Below the pieces are notes generated by a model. It worked only from the letters and a program-made list of their open reading frames with translations, did not search any database and was not told where the DNA came from. This document shows, piece by piece, positions 28,126 through 38,655 of a stretch of DNA of 48,348 bases; within the stretch, counting starts at the first letter, position 1; every line of letters begins with the position of its first letter. The position numbers were made by a program, and so were the translations under genes. Source of the DNA: Vulcanimicrobiota bacterium (GTDB taxonomy: Bacteria; Vulcanimicrobiota; Vulcanimicrobiia; Vulcanimicrobiales; Vulcanimicrobiaceae); NCBI GenBank assembly GCA_963786105.1, contig CAWAXX010000020.1:1-48348 (forward strand), written 5' to 3'.

Positions 28126-29652
28126 TCAGGCGCCGTACCATCGCAGGTAGGGCCAGATTTCAGACAAAGGCGCCACCGGGAAACGGCAGAGATAAATCGG
28201 CGCCGGCCCTTCGACGATCCATTTGTAGGGCTCCGTCGACGTTCGGACGAGTGCAACGCTGCGGTAGTATTTCCGCAGAAGATCGATACGCGTCGCGCCG
28301 ATCGCGATCAACACTTTGCCTTCGTAGCCGCGAGTTCCCCACAGGTAGTACGAATTCTGGCTGGATATCGCCGCCGGCAAACCGTAGCGTGGCCCGTAGA
28401 AGTCCAGCGCGCCGGCGTCTCCATAGGTGTCGGCATAGACCGCCGCCTCGTTCCGTTCCGGGTTGGGAAGGGAGCGGTACACGGCGGCAACGTCTTGGGC
28501 GAGGCGTTCCCACCCGAACTCCTCGGCGTAAATCGGCTGGATCAGCCGCGCGGGTGTTGCGTCGCGTCCGGTAAGCCCGAGACGTTGCGAGTACGCTATC
28601 AGCTGCTCGACCGAAAGAATCGGAAGCAGCAAGGGCATCGACGCGACGCCGACGGCGGCCAGCGCCGCAACGAGTGCGATGCGCAGCCACTGTGCGGCAC
28701 GTTCGACGACGACGGCGCCGACCGCCAACAGCGACGCGTAGATGCCGATCACGTAGTACCCTTTGGCGCCGAGCGCGGTGGCCGTCGCGAAGACGACGAC
28801 ATAGGCAATGGAAATAAAACGAAGATCGCGCAACGCCGGCACGCGAAACGGTGCGACGATACCGGCCAACCACACTGGGGCCGCCAGGAGATTCGCGTAT
28901 AGGACTTGTTCGGCCGCAAAGGCTGCGGCGTTCCGCGCGAAGTCGGTGAACTCGAGAGCGATTCCAGTCTGGAGCGCCGGGCGATGACCGGCATCGCCGC
29001 GCAAGACTTCGACGATCGGCCAGCCGTGCGCGGCTTGCCACTGGAGGTTCGGTGCCAGCAACACCAGCGTAATCGCGGCGGCATAGAACGGCCAAGGCGT
29101 CTGCAACGCGCGGCGCTGCAGGGTGACCAGCAGGCCGATGGCGAGACCCGCGACGAGCAAACCGATCGAGTACTTGCCGTACGCGCCGAAGGCGATCGCA
29201 ACCGATAGCAGCAACCACCAGCGTGGCGCCGAGGCGGCATCGGCGCGCACGAGGCGAACGGCCACGTACACGACGAGAGTCCAGGAAAGGGGTTCGAGGG
29301 AGGTCGTCGTTAAGACGTTTCCGAGCAGCAGATACGCGGGCACGAGCAGCGTCGATAACCCCGCAAGAAACTGAGCAAACGGACCACCGCCGACTTCGCG
29401 GGCCAGGGCGACGGCCACGTACACGGTGAGCGCGGCTGCCAGCACGGGCAACGCGCGCAGGGCCAGCGCGTGATATCCCACCGGGGCGGAAAGCCACGCG
29501 GCGAAAGCCACCAACGGTGGTTGGTCGACATACCCCCACGCGAGATGCTTGGAACACGCGATAAAGTAGAGTTCGTCGCGGAAAAAGCCGTACCGTGCTG
29601 AGGTGGCGCCGTGGAGCAGCGCCGCGAAAACCGCTAGCGCGACGCCGATCAT
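28126..29652 (-). CDS. Glycosyltransferase family 39 (ArnT/PMT-like, GT-C)
   Basis: FRDELYF..C..HLAWGYVDQPP, GKYS, PNLQWQ. True start ATG 29652 overlaps the upstream TGA. Confidence 0.9.
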   Translation of the reverse strand: MIGVALAVFAALLHGATSARYGFFRDELYFIACSKHLAWGYVDQPPLVAFAAWLSAPVGYHALALRALPVLAAALTVYVAVALAREVGGGPFAQFLAGLSTLLVPAYLLLGNVLTTTSLEPLSWTLVVYVAVRLVRADAASAPRWWLLLSVAIAFGAYGKYSIGLLVAGLAIGLLVTLQRRALQTPWPFYAAAITLVLLAPNLQWQAAHGWPIVEVLRGDAGHRPALQTGIALEFTDFARNAAAFAAEQVLYANLLAAPVWLAGIVAPFRVPALRDLRFISIAYVVVFATATALGAKGYYVIGIYASLLAVGAVVVERAAQWLRIALVAALAAVGVASMPLLLPILSVEQLIAYSQRLGLTGRDATPARLIQPIYAEEFGWERLAQDVAAVYRSLPNPERNEAAVYADTYGDAGALDFYGPRYGLPAAISSQNSYYLWGTRGYEGKVLIAIGATRIDLLRKYYRSVALVRTSTEPYKWIVEGPAPIYLCRFPVAPLSEIWPYLRWYGA

Positions 29653-30686
29653 GCGCGGCGCGCGGAGGCGATCAAACTCAAAGCATAACCGGCCACGCCC
29701 GACCAAATCCACGCTCCGAGCGCGACGTTCCAATCCCACCAGGTGCCGTCGGTGAGAATCGTGGCAATCAGGTAGACCCCGATGTACGTCATCGGCACGA
29801 TGACGGCGAACCAGCGAAACATCGCCACCCGCTCGGGTTGAGGATTCCAGCGCGCGATCAGGACGTCGGCGACGATGCCGGTCACCAGCGCTTGCGCCGT
29901 CGCGATCGCTAGCAGGCTGGAGTGATTGGTGAAGGCTGCAGCCGCCGGGAGATTGCCGATGAGATACACCAGCGTCAGCACACCCGGGCGCGCACGAAGG
30001 CGCGATACCAGCCAAAGCGCAAAGCCGCCGATCAAAGCGCTTTGGAAGATGACGATCAGCACGCCGATCGAAACGCGATAGTAGCCGATTCCCAGCGCCG
30101 TCAGGTAGTCGGGCGTGAAGGGTGTAATCGGGGGCGGGGCGTTGGTGCGACCGGCAGCAGGATCGAACGCATACGCCGTGCCGAAATGCGCCAGCAGCAG
30201 CCAGGTCGCCAGCCCGAACGCGAGCGGTAACTGAAATCTCAGCGTCGTGGATCGATCGCGGTCCGCCAACACGCTGCGAATCGGTCCGCTGGCCAGGAAG
30301 AAGATGCCCAAGCCGATGACCTGATGTGTCGGACTCAAAAGGGCATCGACGCCTTCTTCGAGGCCGAAGAGGCGATGCCAAATCATGTCGCCGATGCCGG
30401 CCGCGAGAAAGATCGGCACGCCTACGAGAGCGATCCGGTACGGGCGCGGAAGCACGGCGGCCCAGGAGTAACCGCGACGGCGATTGCGCAAGGCGAAGCC
30501 GGCAAAAACCAGCATCAGCGCAAACATGCCCGAGTAGAACGCGGCGTGGTAAGGGGTGAAGAACGATTCCACCGGAACGTGGCCGTGGGCCCACGCGTCG
30601 AGGAAAAACCCGCTAGCAATCCAGACGCAACACAGACCGACCGCATAATCCAACGCGAGACTGCGAGGAGCGGTCTGTGAGAGCAT
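29649..30686 (-). CDS. Polytopic membrane protein with two D-x3-H...P-x-H metal-site-like motifs
   Basis: FLDAWAHGHVPVESFFTPYH and IGDMIWHRLFGLEEGVDALLSPTH; about 9 hydrophobic segments. Confidence 0.8.
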   Translation of the reverse strand: MLSQTAPRSLALDYAVGLCCVWIASGFFLDAWAHGHVPVESFFTPYHAAFYSGMFALMLVFAGFALRNRRRGYSWAAVLPRPYRIALVGVPIFLAAGIGDMIWHRLFGLEEGVDALLSPTHQVIGLGIFFLASGPIRSVLADRDRSTTLRFQLPLAFGLATWLLLAHFGTAYAFDPAAGRTNAPPPITPFTPDYLTALGIGYYRVSIGVLIVIFQSALIGGFALWLVSRLRARPGVLTLVYLIGNLPAAAAFTNHSSLLAIATAQALVTGIVADVLIARWNPQPERVAMFRWFAVIVPMTYIGVYLIATILTDGTWWDWNVALGAWIWSGVAGYALSLIASARRA

Positions 30687-30763
30687 GCAGCGGCCTTACG
30701 CGGAAGCGTGGCGGGCGCCCTCCGCGGCAGGAAAACCGCACTCGCGCCGCTACCTTGTTTTCG

Positions 30764-31204
30764 ATGCACGTAGGCGGCGCACGATTGGCGTTTCGTAGCT
30801 TTGGTTCGTTTGCGCTCGGCGTCGCGGTCCTCGGTTGCGCGTCGCATCTGCCTGCCGTGCCTCCCGACGTTGCGGTCGGTCAAGCGCGAGCGCTACCCAG
30901 TCCGCGGGTCGAATCTATGGGATCGGCGCCGGAAATACTAGGCATGCACTTCTCGGCCCTCGAGGTACGCCGAGGTCAACGCTTTTCGGGAGAATTCGTT
31001 ACCGGCACCAACGTAGCCAGCGTCGAGGTTCGCACGAATCTCTTCTCAATCGACGTACCGCGCTCGGGCTATGGACGGTTCGCCTTCACGCTCAACGTCT
31101 TGGACGCTCCTCCGATCTTCATTCGCCCGTACCGCCTACGGGTAATCGCGCGCAACAGCGCGGGCGCGGAGTTCGAACAGGACCTTCCGTTCGAAATTCG
31201 TTAG
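30764..31204 (+). CDS. Hypothetical lipoprotein
   Basis: Lipobox VLGC; beta-rich C-terminus. ATG 30764 lies 7 nt after TACCTT. Confidence 0.7.
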   Translation: MHVGGARLAFRSFGSFALGVAVLGCASHLPAVPPDVAVGQARALPSPRVESMGSAPEILGMHFSALEVRRGQRFSGEFVTGTNVASVEVRTNLFSIDVPRSGYGRFAFTLNVLDAPPIFIRPYRLRVIARNSAGAEFEQDLPFEIR

Positions 31205-31213
31205 GATACCGCA

Positions 31214-32005
31214 ATGCCGACCAAAGCGCGTTACGACGTCGTCAACCACGTTGCCACCGTCACCCTCGACGGACCCGAGCGCAGAAATCCGCTGACTTTC
31301 GATCTCTATGCCGAGCTGCGCGACTGGTTCGAGGGTTTGAAAAACGACGAGCGGATCAGGGCCGTCGTATTGACCGGCGCGGGGGGCAACTTCTGCTCCG
31401 GCGGCGACGTACACGAGATCATCGGTCCGCTCACATCGGCGCCTCCACAGCAGCTCCTCGAGTTTACGCGAATGACCGGCGATCTCGTGATCGCAATGCG
31501 GCGCTGTCCGCAACCGATCGTGGCGGCGGTCGACGGAACGTGCGCCGGTGCCGGCGCCATTCTTGCGATGGCCTCAGACCTACGATTTGGAACGGAGCGT
31601 TCGAAGGTGGCATTTCTTTTCGTGCGCGTCGGATTGGCCGGCTGCGATATGGGTGCGTGCGCGATCCTGCCGCGCATCGTCGGACTAGGCCGTGCCGCCG
31701 AGATGCTCTATACCGGCGACGCCATCGCCGGCGAACGTGCGTACCGCTGGGGCTTTTATAATGAACTGTGCGATCCGCAGGAGCTGCTCGCACGGGCACA
31801 AGATCTCGCGCACGTGCTGGCCGCGGGACCGACGTTCGCGCACGCCGTTACGAAACGCATGCTGCACGACGAGTGGTCGATGCCGCTGGACCAAGCGATC
31901 GTCGCGGAGGCACAGGCCCAGGCTCGCTGCATGGAAACGCGAGATTTCCACCGGGCGTACGAGGCGTTCGTCAAGAAGCGAACGCCGGAATTCGAAGGAA
32001 ACTAG
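31214..32005 (+). CDS. Enoyl-CoA hydratase/isomerase family protein (abm-like)
   Basis: [38 protein letters not shown]. Confidence 0.93.
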   Translation: MPTKARYDVVNHVATVTLDGPERRNPLTFDLYAELRDWFEGLKNDERIRAVVLTGAGGNFCSGGDVHEIIGPLTSAPPQQLLEFTRMTGDLVIAMRRCPQPIVAAVDGTCAGAGAILAMASDLRFGTERSKVAFLFVRVGLAGCDMGACAILPRIVGLGRAAEMLYTGDAIAGERAYRWGFYNELCDPQELLARAQDLAHVLAAGPTFAHAVTKRMLHDEWSMPLDQAIVAEAQAQARCMETRDFHRAYEAFVKKRTPEFEGN

Positions 32006-32006
32006 C

Positions 32007-33158
32007 GTGAGGGATGTTGGGTGGCCGTTCTTCGACGAAGAGCATCGGGCGTTCGTTGCTCGGCTCGAACGCTGGCTGAACGGCGTCGAGGTGCTCGACG
32101 ACGAGGGCAGTCCCGATGAAAGCTGCCGGGCGTGGGTGCGGGCGTTGGCTCAGGGCGGCATTCTGCGCGCGTGCGTCCCAGACTTTTTCGGAGGATTGCG
32201 GGCCGCACTCGACGTGCGCACGCTCTGCCTGGTTCGCGAGACGCTGGCGCACCGCTCGGCCTTCGCCGACTTTGCGTTTGCGATGCAAGGGCTGGGCAGC
32301 GCTGCCATCACGCTGTTCGGCACCGCCGAGCTGCAGCGCCGTTTCCTTCCGGGTGTCGTCGACGGCCGGTTCATCGCGGCGTTTGCGCTTTCGGAGCGAG
32401 AAGCCGGCTCCGACGTGGCCGCGATCGCAACGCGGGCCACTCGCGACGGCGAAACCTACGTGCTCGACGGCGAGAAAGCGTGGATTTCCAACGCCGGCCT
32501 GGCGGATTTCTACGTCGTTTTCGCGCGTACCGGCGAGGTGGGTGCCAAGGGCCTTTCGGCGTTCGTGGTGGAGGCGGACTCGCCCGGCCTGTCGACCGTC
32601 GCGCGCGTAGAAACGATTTCTCCGCACCCGCTCGGGACGCTACGTTTCGAAGGAGTGCGAGTGCCGGCTTCACAGCGCATCGGCCGCGAAGGCGGAGGCT
32701 TTCGCGTCGCCATGGCGGTGCTCGACGTGTTTCGAAGCACCGTCGGTGCGGCCGCTCTCGGGTTTGCCCGGCGCGCGCTGTCCGAGACGGTCGAGCACGT
32801 CGGCGAGCGCACGCTGTTCGGCGCGCCGTTGGCCGCACTGCAATTGACTCAGGCGGCGATCGCGCACATGGCGACCGACGTCGATGCTAGTGCTTTGCTG
32901 GTCTACCGCGCGGCCTGGACGAAAGACGGCGGCGCGGAACGCGTCACGCGCGAAGCTGCGATGGCGAAGTGGTTTGCAACCGAAGCGGCCGGGCGAGTCT
33001 GCGATCGCGCGGTGCAGCTCTTTGGGGCGCGCGGCGTCAGCCGCGGCGAAATCGTCGAACGATTGTATCGCGACGTTCGCGCGCTTCGAATCTACGAAGG
33101 AGCCAGTGAGATCCAGCAACTGGTGATCGCGAGACGAACGCTGGAGGAACGGCCGTGA
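32007..33158 (+). CDS. Acyl-CoA dehydrogenase (abm-like)
   Basis: [43 protein letters not shown] start at 32007. Confidence 0.93.
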   Translation: MRDVGWPFFDEEHRAFVARLERWLNGVEVLDDEGSPDESCRAWVRALAQGGILRACVPDFFGGLRAALDVRTLCLVRETLAHRSAFADFAFAMQGLGSAAITLFGTAELQRRFLPGVVDGRFIAAFALSEREAGSDVAAIATRATRDGETYVLDGEKAWISNAGLADFYVVFARTGEVGAKGLSAFVVEADSPGLSTVARVETISPHPLGTLRFEGVRVPASQRIGREGGGFRVAMAVLDVFRSTVGAAALGFARRALSETVEHVGERTLFGAPLAALQLTQAAIAHMATDVDASALLVYRAAWTKDGGAERVTREAAMAKWFATEAAGRVCDRAVQLFGARGVSRGEIVERLYRDVRALRIYEGASEIQQLVIARRTLEERP

Positions 33159-34780
33159 GCACCGCTCACGTCGACACGTTTGCGGAAGAGCACCTTCCCG
33201 CGACCGACGCGTTGCCGGAGTTGCGGTTCGATTTACCTGGGCTGCATTATCCGCAGACGATCAATGCCGCCGCGTGGCTATTGGACCGCAACGTCGAGAT
33301 CGGCAACGGCGATCGCCGTAGCGTCATGGCGCCGGGCGGAGTTGTCTGGAGCTACCGGAACCTCCTGCGCACGGCTAATCGCCTTGCCGAGACGTTGGTC
33401 GAGGATTATGGATTGATTCCCGGCAATCGCGTCTTGCTGCGCGCGCCGAATACGCCGATGCTGGTCGCCTGCTGGTTTGCGGTGCTCAAGGCCGGCGGCG
33501 TGGTGGTGACCACGATGCCGCTGTACCGCGCGACGGAACTGCGATTCATGCTCGAAAAAGCGCAGGTCGACCTCGCCTTGTGCGATCGACGGTTGGACCG
33601 AGAGCTTACCAAGGCGTGCGACGGCCTCCGCGACGTGAAGACCGCATACTTCGGATCCGAGGATCGCGACGCTCTAGAAACGCGCATCGCCGGTCGCTCG
33701 GGGGAATTCGCAAACGTCGAAACCGCCGCCGAAGACGTCGCACTGATCGCTTTCACTTCCGGGACGACGGGAACGCCAAAGGCGGCGATGCACTATCATC
33801 GCGATCTCTTGGCAACCTGCGATACTTACGGCGCGCGCGTCCTGCAACCGCGGCGCGACGATCTGTTTTGCGGCAGCGCGCCTCTGGGCTTCACGTTTGG
33901 GCTCGGCGGGCACGTGCTGTTCCCATTCTCGGTTGGCGCGGCAACGCTGCTGCTGGAAAAAGGCGGCCCTGAGGATCTATTGCGGGCGGTTGCCGAGTAC
34001 GGCGTGACGACCACGTTCACGGCTCCTCTCGCGTATCGTACCATGTTCGGCCTGGCGGGTCGCTACGATCTCTCGACGCTGCGGACGTGCGTCTCGGCCG
34101 GTGAAACGCTGCCGAAGGCCGTGTTCGAAGCCTGGTACGAAAAGACGGGCCTGCGAATTCTCGATGGGATTGGGAGTACCGAGATGTTGCACATCTTCGT
34201 CGGATCGCCCGAGAACGAGGTGCGTGCCGGATCGACCGGCCGTGCGGTTGCGGGCTACGTCGCCGAAGTACACGACGACGACGGTCGTCCGGTCCCCGCA
34301 GGCACGGTCGGGCGACTCGCGGTGAAAGGCCCCACCGGATGCAAGTATCTCGACGACGATCGTCAGCGCGCGTACGTGCAAAACGGCTGGAACTATCCGG
34401 GCGACGCCTACGTGATGGACGACGGGGGTTACCTTTGGTACGTCGCGCGAACCGACGATATGATCGTGTCGGCCGGCTATAATATTTCGGGGCTCGAAGT
34501 GGAGCAGGTACTGATCGCGCACCCGGAAGTCGAGGAAGCGGCGGTCGTAGCAAAACCGCATCCCGAGAAAGAAACCCACATCGTGAAAGCGTTCGTGGTC
34601 CTCGGCGTCGGCGTTAGGAGCGGGGAAGAAAAGGCGGAAGAACTGCAGGCGTTCTGTATGTCGCGCATCGCCCCGTTCAAGGCCCCGCGCGAGATCGAAT
34701 TCGTTTCGGAGCTTCCACGTACCGAAACCGGCAAGGTTCAGCGCTACAAATTGCGCCGGCGGGCCGCGACGGAGAGCTAA
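33155..34780 (+). CDS. abmG: 2-aminobenzoate/benzoate-CoA ligase family protein
   Basis: TAHVDTFA N-terminus, [32 protein letters not shown]; in a cluster with abmA. Confidence 0.85.
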   Translation: MSTAHVDTFAEEHLPATDALPELRFDLPGLHYPQTINAAAWLLDRNVEIGNGDRRSVMAPGGVVWSYRNLLRTANRLAETLVEDYGLIPGNRVLLRAPNTPMLVACWFAVLKAGGVVVTTMPLYRATELRFMLEKAQVDLALCDRRLDRELTKACDGLRDVKTAYFGSEDRDALETRIAGRSGEFANVETAAEDVALIAFTSGTTGTPKAAMHYHRDLLATCDTYGARVLQPRRDDLFCGSAPLGFTFGLGGHVLFPFSVGAATLLLEKGGPEDLLRAVAEYGVTTTFTAPLAYRTMFGLAGRYDLSTLRTCVSAGETLPKAVFEAWYEKTGLRILDGIGSTEMLHIFVGSPENEVRAGSTGRAVAGYVAEVHDDDGRPVPAGTVGRLAVKGPTGCKYLDDDRQRAYVQNGWNYPGDAYVMDDGGYLWYVARTDDMIVSAGYNISGLEVEQVLIAHPEVEEAAVVAKPHPEKETHIVKAFVVLGVGVRSGEEKAEELQAFCMSRIAPFKAPREIEFVSELPRTETGKVQRYKLRRRAATES

Positions 34781-35457
34781 ACGACGTGGCCTCGATTTTC
34801 GGAACGGAAAACCAGCGGCACGCGAGGGCGCAAGTCGAAGCACCGGTCGCCGGTGCCGCCGTCAAAGTTTAGCTCCATGACGTACTGCGGCGCGGAGAAG
34901 AACGTAACCAGGCCGGAAGCCGACGCCGTTTTGGCGGCTGGGGAGTGAGGATCGCTGGGCACGCCGATGCCGATCCCGGTAAGTCGGGCGAATCCGACCG
35001 GGTGGTTCATGGGTTCGCGGTTCTTGGCATCGGGCGGGGTGGCAAAGGTCATATGCAAGAACTCGGGTTCCGTTAGCGGTGTGGCCAGCGCGATGCCGAT
35101 CGATACCTGCGCGGGCAAATACGGCGCGTGATAAGCCCAGGTCGGGAACGGCGGCGCTTCGTCGGCTTCGGCGTCGGCCGGACGAAAAGCGACGCCGAAG
35201 GGACACGCGCCTTGCCTGCGGCGCAACCAGCGTTCCCATAGTCGCGTGCGGCGCGCCGGCTCGCGGCGTGCCTCGGTGAGATCGGCAACCCAAAGCAGCT
35301 CGAGGTACGCGTTGCGAAAGAAGAAACGCCGGTTTGCCGTGCCTTGTCCGACGTGAACGTTGGACGATCCCTCCAGGAGCCCGGCAGCAGCCACCGCCGC
35401 CGCTTCAGGCGCGCCGGCGTCGCAGCAAACGATGACGTGGTCGAGTTCGAGGTTCAC
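34777..35457 (-). CDS. VOC/Glyoxalase_3 family protein
   Basis: LDHVIV, H.GQGTANRRFFF.NAYLEL. Confidence 0.88.
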   Translation of the reverse strand: MNLELDHVIVCCDAGAPEAAAVAAAGLLEGSSNVHVGQGTANRRFFFRNAYLELLWVADLTEARREPARRTRLWERWLRRRQGACPFGVAFRPADAEADEAPPFPTWAYHAPYLPAQVSIGIALATPLTEPEFLHMTFATPPDAKNREPMNHPVGFARLTGIGIGVPSDPHSPAAKTASASGLVTFFSAPQYVMELNFDGGTGDRCFDLRPRVPLVFRSENRGHVV

Positions 35458-35846
35458 GGCAAAACGGCCGTGGCTTCGATTTCGACTCGCGCACCTTCTT
35501 CGAGCAGGCCGGCAACTTGCACGAGCGTCATCGCGGGATAGTGATCGCCGACGATCTCACGATAACCTCGCCCCAGCGCCGAGAGCGCCGCGCGGTACTC
35601 GCTTTTGTCGACGACGTACCACGTGAGCCGTACCAGATTTTCGGGTTGGCCTCCGGCGGCGCGAAGAACGGCGACGACGTTACGCAGCGCCTGTCGCGCT
35701 TGCTCGAGAAAATCTCCCGCAACGAGGTCGCCACGCTCGTTCCAACCGATCTGACCTGAAATGGCCAGGAAACGCCCCTGCGCGAGCACGCCGTTTGCGT
35801 AACCGCTGGGACGCGGCCAGCCGGCGGGCTGTATCGATTCGCTCAT
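35454..35846 (-). CDS. RidA/YjgF family protein
   Basis: PAGWPRPSGYANG, ISGQIG, YPAMTLVQV..L......VEIEATAV. ATG 35846 overlaps the upstream TGA. Confidence 0.92.
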   Translation of the reverse strand: MSESIQPAGWPRPSGYANGVLAQGRFLAISGQIGWNERGDLVAGDFLEQARQALRNVVAVLRAAGGQPENLVRLTWYVVDKSEYRAALSALGRGYREIVGDHYPAMTLVQVAGLLEEGARVEIEATAVLP

Positions 35847-37345
35847 GCGTAATCCGCTGCGAGCGTCCGGTCGCTGCCGACGGACAAACCCATGCTGCGC
35901 AACACGACGGTTGCCGCCACCGTAACGACGAGATTCGCGACCACCCCGTAACACGCGATGAAGCCGGTAAGGCTTACGCCGAAGAGATGGAGCGTATAGT
36001 TCGAGGCGAAGCCGCTGGAGTAGGCCATCGCGCAACTCGCGACCACGCCGACTGCCCATCCCGTCAACAGTGCTCGCGGGTGGAACCAGCGCGTCCATAG
36101 TCCGAGAACGAAGGCCGGCAGGATTTGCAGCATCAACGCACCTCCGAGCAACTGAAAATCGATCGCGTACGTGACCGGAACGAAGAAGATGAAGAATAGA
36201 CCGCTGGCGCACATGACCAGCGTGAAGAACTTCGCCATGGGTACACCTACGGGCCCGCGCGCGGCAGAAAACTCGCGGAATACGTTGCTGGCCAACAAAT
36301 TGGCTGCTCCGATGCACATGATGGTTGCCGGAACGAGCGCCCCGATCACGATCGCTCCGCCGGCAACGCCCGCAAACCAGCCCGGGAAAAACCGCGCGAA
36401 GAGCAGGGGAACGACGCTGTTGCTTCCGTGGCTGACGTCGATCCCGGCAACGATCGCACAGTAGCCCAGCAGCGCCAGAAACCCGAGCATGAGCGAATAG
36501 ACGGGCAGCAGCGCCGCGTTCCGGCGGAGTACCTCTTTGCTGCGCGCCGCCAACACGCTGGTAACGGAACTCGGATAAAGGAAGAGCGCGAGCGCCGAAC
36601 CCAAGATCATGGTTGCGTACGTAAAGTACTGCCCCGGCGCGAGCAGTATCGACGACGCTTTAGGACGTGCAGCCAGCGCGGGTCCGACCGCGTCGAAAAT
36701 GTGCTTCCAACCTCCCAGCTTGGCTGGAATAATGACCATGGCGACGATCACGGTGACGTAGATCAGCGTGTCTTTGACGATGGCGATGAGCGCGGGAGCG
36801 CGCAGGCCGCTGGCGTACGTGTTGGCCGCTACCAAGAGGAACGCGATCGCGAGTGCCGGCAAGCCGTTATCGGTCGCGAGCACACCGCCGAGTTGCGCGA
36901 ACACCGCCTTCATGCCGACCAACTGCAGGGCGATGTACGGCATGGTCGCCGCCGCGCCAGTGCACGCGATGGCAACTTCGAGCGCGCGGTCGCCGAAGCG
37001 GTCTCTCACGAAGTCGGCGGTGGTCACGTAGCCGCGCTTGCGCGCGATGGCCCAAAAGCGTACCAACACGACCAGCACGACGGGGTAGGAAACGGCCGTT
37101 ATGGACACGGGGAAGAATCCGAGCGCTCCGACACCGTAGACGAGAGCGGGCACCGCAATGAACGTGTAGGCCGTATAGATGTCGCCGCCGACGAGAAACC
37201 AGGAAATCAGCGTTCCGAAGTCGCGGCCACCGAGAGCCCACTCGTCGATTTTCGTCAGGTTCGCGTGGCCCCACCGGGCGGCGAGAAATCCTAACGCGGA
37301 GACGCCCAAGACGAGACCAAACAGGACCCATGCGCCGCTAGACAT
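35843..37345 (-). CDS. Sodium:solute symporter, MctP-like monocarboxylate permease
   Basis: DEWALGGRDFG, WFLVGGDIYTAYTFIAVPA, ATMPYIALQLVG. Confidence 0.9.
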   Translation of the reverse strand: MSSGAWVLFGLVLGVSALGFLAARWGHANLTKIDEWALGGRDFGTLISWFLVGGDIYTAYTFIAVPALVYGVGALGFFPVSITAVSYPVVLVVLVRFWAIARKRGYVTTADFVRDRFGDRALEVAIACTGAAATMPYIALQLVGMKAVFAQLGGVLATDNGLPALAIAFLLVAANTYASGLRAPALIAIVKDTLIYVTVIVAMVIIPAKLGGWKHIFDAVGPALAARPKASSILLAPGQYFTYATMILGSALALFLYPSSVTSVLAARSKEVLRRNAALLPVYSLMLGFLALLGYCAIVAGIDVSHGSNSVVPLLFARFFPGWFAGVAGGAIVIGALVPATIMCIGAANLLASNVFREFSAARGPVGVPMAKFFTLVMCASGLFFIFFVPVTYAIDFQLLGGALMLQILPAFVLGLWTRWFHPRALLTGWAVGVVASCAMAYSSGFASNYTLHLFGVSLTGFIACYGVVANLVVTVAATVVLRSMGLSVGSDRTLAADYA

Positions 37346-37535
37346 CGTTCCGTTCGTGGGTCGCGTATACTACCGCGGCAAGGATGAGCGAGGTCGCAAT
37401 CACCAACCCCAGCTGATACCAATAGAAGAACGGCAGGCCGAAGAGCGACGGCTCGACGCGATTGTAAATCCCCGGCAACAGCGCCCCCGCAACCGGCAGC
37501 AGAAGGAGCGCATACCAGGCGTGCGTTCGGTTCAT
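37338..37535 (-). CDS. DUF3311 small membrane protein
   Basis: YNRVEPSLFGLPFFYWYQ motif upstream of the SSS gene. Confidence 0.9.
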   Translation of the reverse strand: MNRTHAWYALLLLPVAGALLPGIYNRVEPSLFGLPFFYWYQLGLVIATSLILAAVVYATHERNDV

Positions 37536-37567
37536 GGTGACCCCGACGTTTTGCGGCGGTCGAAGGG

Positions 37568-38488
37568 CTACCTTTCGAGCGGCATCGAGCGCTCGGCCCA
37601 GATCGCACCGATCGACAGCCGGCCAAAGAGGCTGGCAAGCACCATCCCGGCGATACAGATCGCGGCTCCGACGACCTGATGGATCTCGAACCGTGCGCCC
37701 AGCAGCACGACGCTAGCGAAGCCGGCGACGATCGGCACGAGAAACCCGAACAACCCGGCTCGCGCCGCACCGATTACCGAGATACCGTAGTTCCACACCG
37801 GCCACGTGAGCACGATCGGAAACGCAACCGCGAAAAGAAACGGTCCCCAGACGCGCCAGCCCAAGTTTGCGAGATGAGCGTGTGCCAGCCGCGGGATGCC
37901 CGCCGGCAAGATCATCAACATGCCCATCGTCAAGGTCACCGCAACCAGGACGACCGGCGAATACCGGCCCAATAAGCGCGCGGTCACCACGTTATACAGC
38001 GCGAATGAAACCGAGGACAGCAGCGTTAAGGCGTCGCCGATCCGGAACGTTGCGTGCCCGGCGAACGCACCTTCGAAAACCGCAATGCCCAGCAATGCGA
38101 TACCGGCGCCGAGCCAGCGCACGCTGCGAACCCGTTCGTGCCCCAACAAGGCGACGATGGTGATCGTAAATATCGGAGCGGTCGCTCCAAGCAGCGACGA
38201 GGCGAATGCGCTCGTGTTGGCAAGCCCGAAGATCCAGAGGTACTGGTAAAATCCGTATCCGCATGCCGCACAGACGGCTAACAGCACGACGTCGCGTCGT
38301 GCAATCGCCACGCGTTCGCCCATCGCGTACACGAGTCCCAATGCGAGTGGGGTCATGGCGAGAAATCGCAACGTCGTGAAGGCGAGCGGATCCAGGAAGG
38401 CGATGGCGCTCTTGACCAACACTACGTTGAGGCCCCAACACAAAACGACGTACGTCAGGCCGAGGTAGACGATCAACCGGGAACGCAC
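37568..38488 (-). CDS. DMT/EamA-family transporter
   Basis: WGLN, LRF, ATAPIF, GDALTL; two EamA repeats. Confidence 0.9.
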   Translation of the reverse strand: MRSRLIVYLGLTYVVLCWGLNVVLVKSAIAFLDPLAFTTLRFLAMTPLALGLVYAMGERVAIARRDVVLLAVCAACGYGFYQYLWIFGLANTSAFASSLLGATAPIFTITIVALLGHERVRSVRWLGAGIALLGIAVFEGAFAGHATFRIGDALTLLSSVSFALYNVVTARLLGRYSPVVLVAVTLTMGMLMILPAGIPRLAHAHLANLGWRVWGPFLFAVAFPIVLTWPVWNYGISVIGAARAGLFGFLVPIVAGFASVVLLGARFEIHQVVGAAICIAGMVLASLFGRLSIGAIWAERSMPLER

Positions 38489-38598
38489 GATGCGCCGCGG
38501 TTCGCTGCCGCGTTGGCAAGGAACCTGGTGCGGCGAGGCCGCTGGGAGGAAGCCGGCAGCCTTTCGGTAGGAGGGCCGCGCTAGTAAGGCTAACCAGC

Positions 38599-38655
38599 AT
38601 GAGCACTGCAGAAGTCTCCTGCGAGCGGGTCTCCTGTCATCGAAAGGACGTATAA
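38599..38655 (+). CDS. Possible 18-aa leader uORF (MSTAEVSCERVSCHRKDV)
   Basis: Its TAA overlaps the ATG of the next gene (TAATG); contains a GTCTCCTG direct repeat. Confidence 0.25.
   Translation: MSTAEVSCERVSCHRKDV

Noticed and set aside
28126..30594. 822-aa version of the GT39 ORF
   Set aside because: The first 314 codons overlap the membrane-protein gene in another frame; the true start is ATG 29652.
29649..30686. Calling this gene pmoC/amoC
   Set aside because: Only the metal motif resembles PmoC; pmoA/pmoB partners are absent and the length and topology differ.
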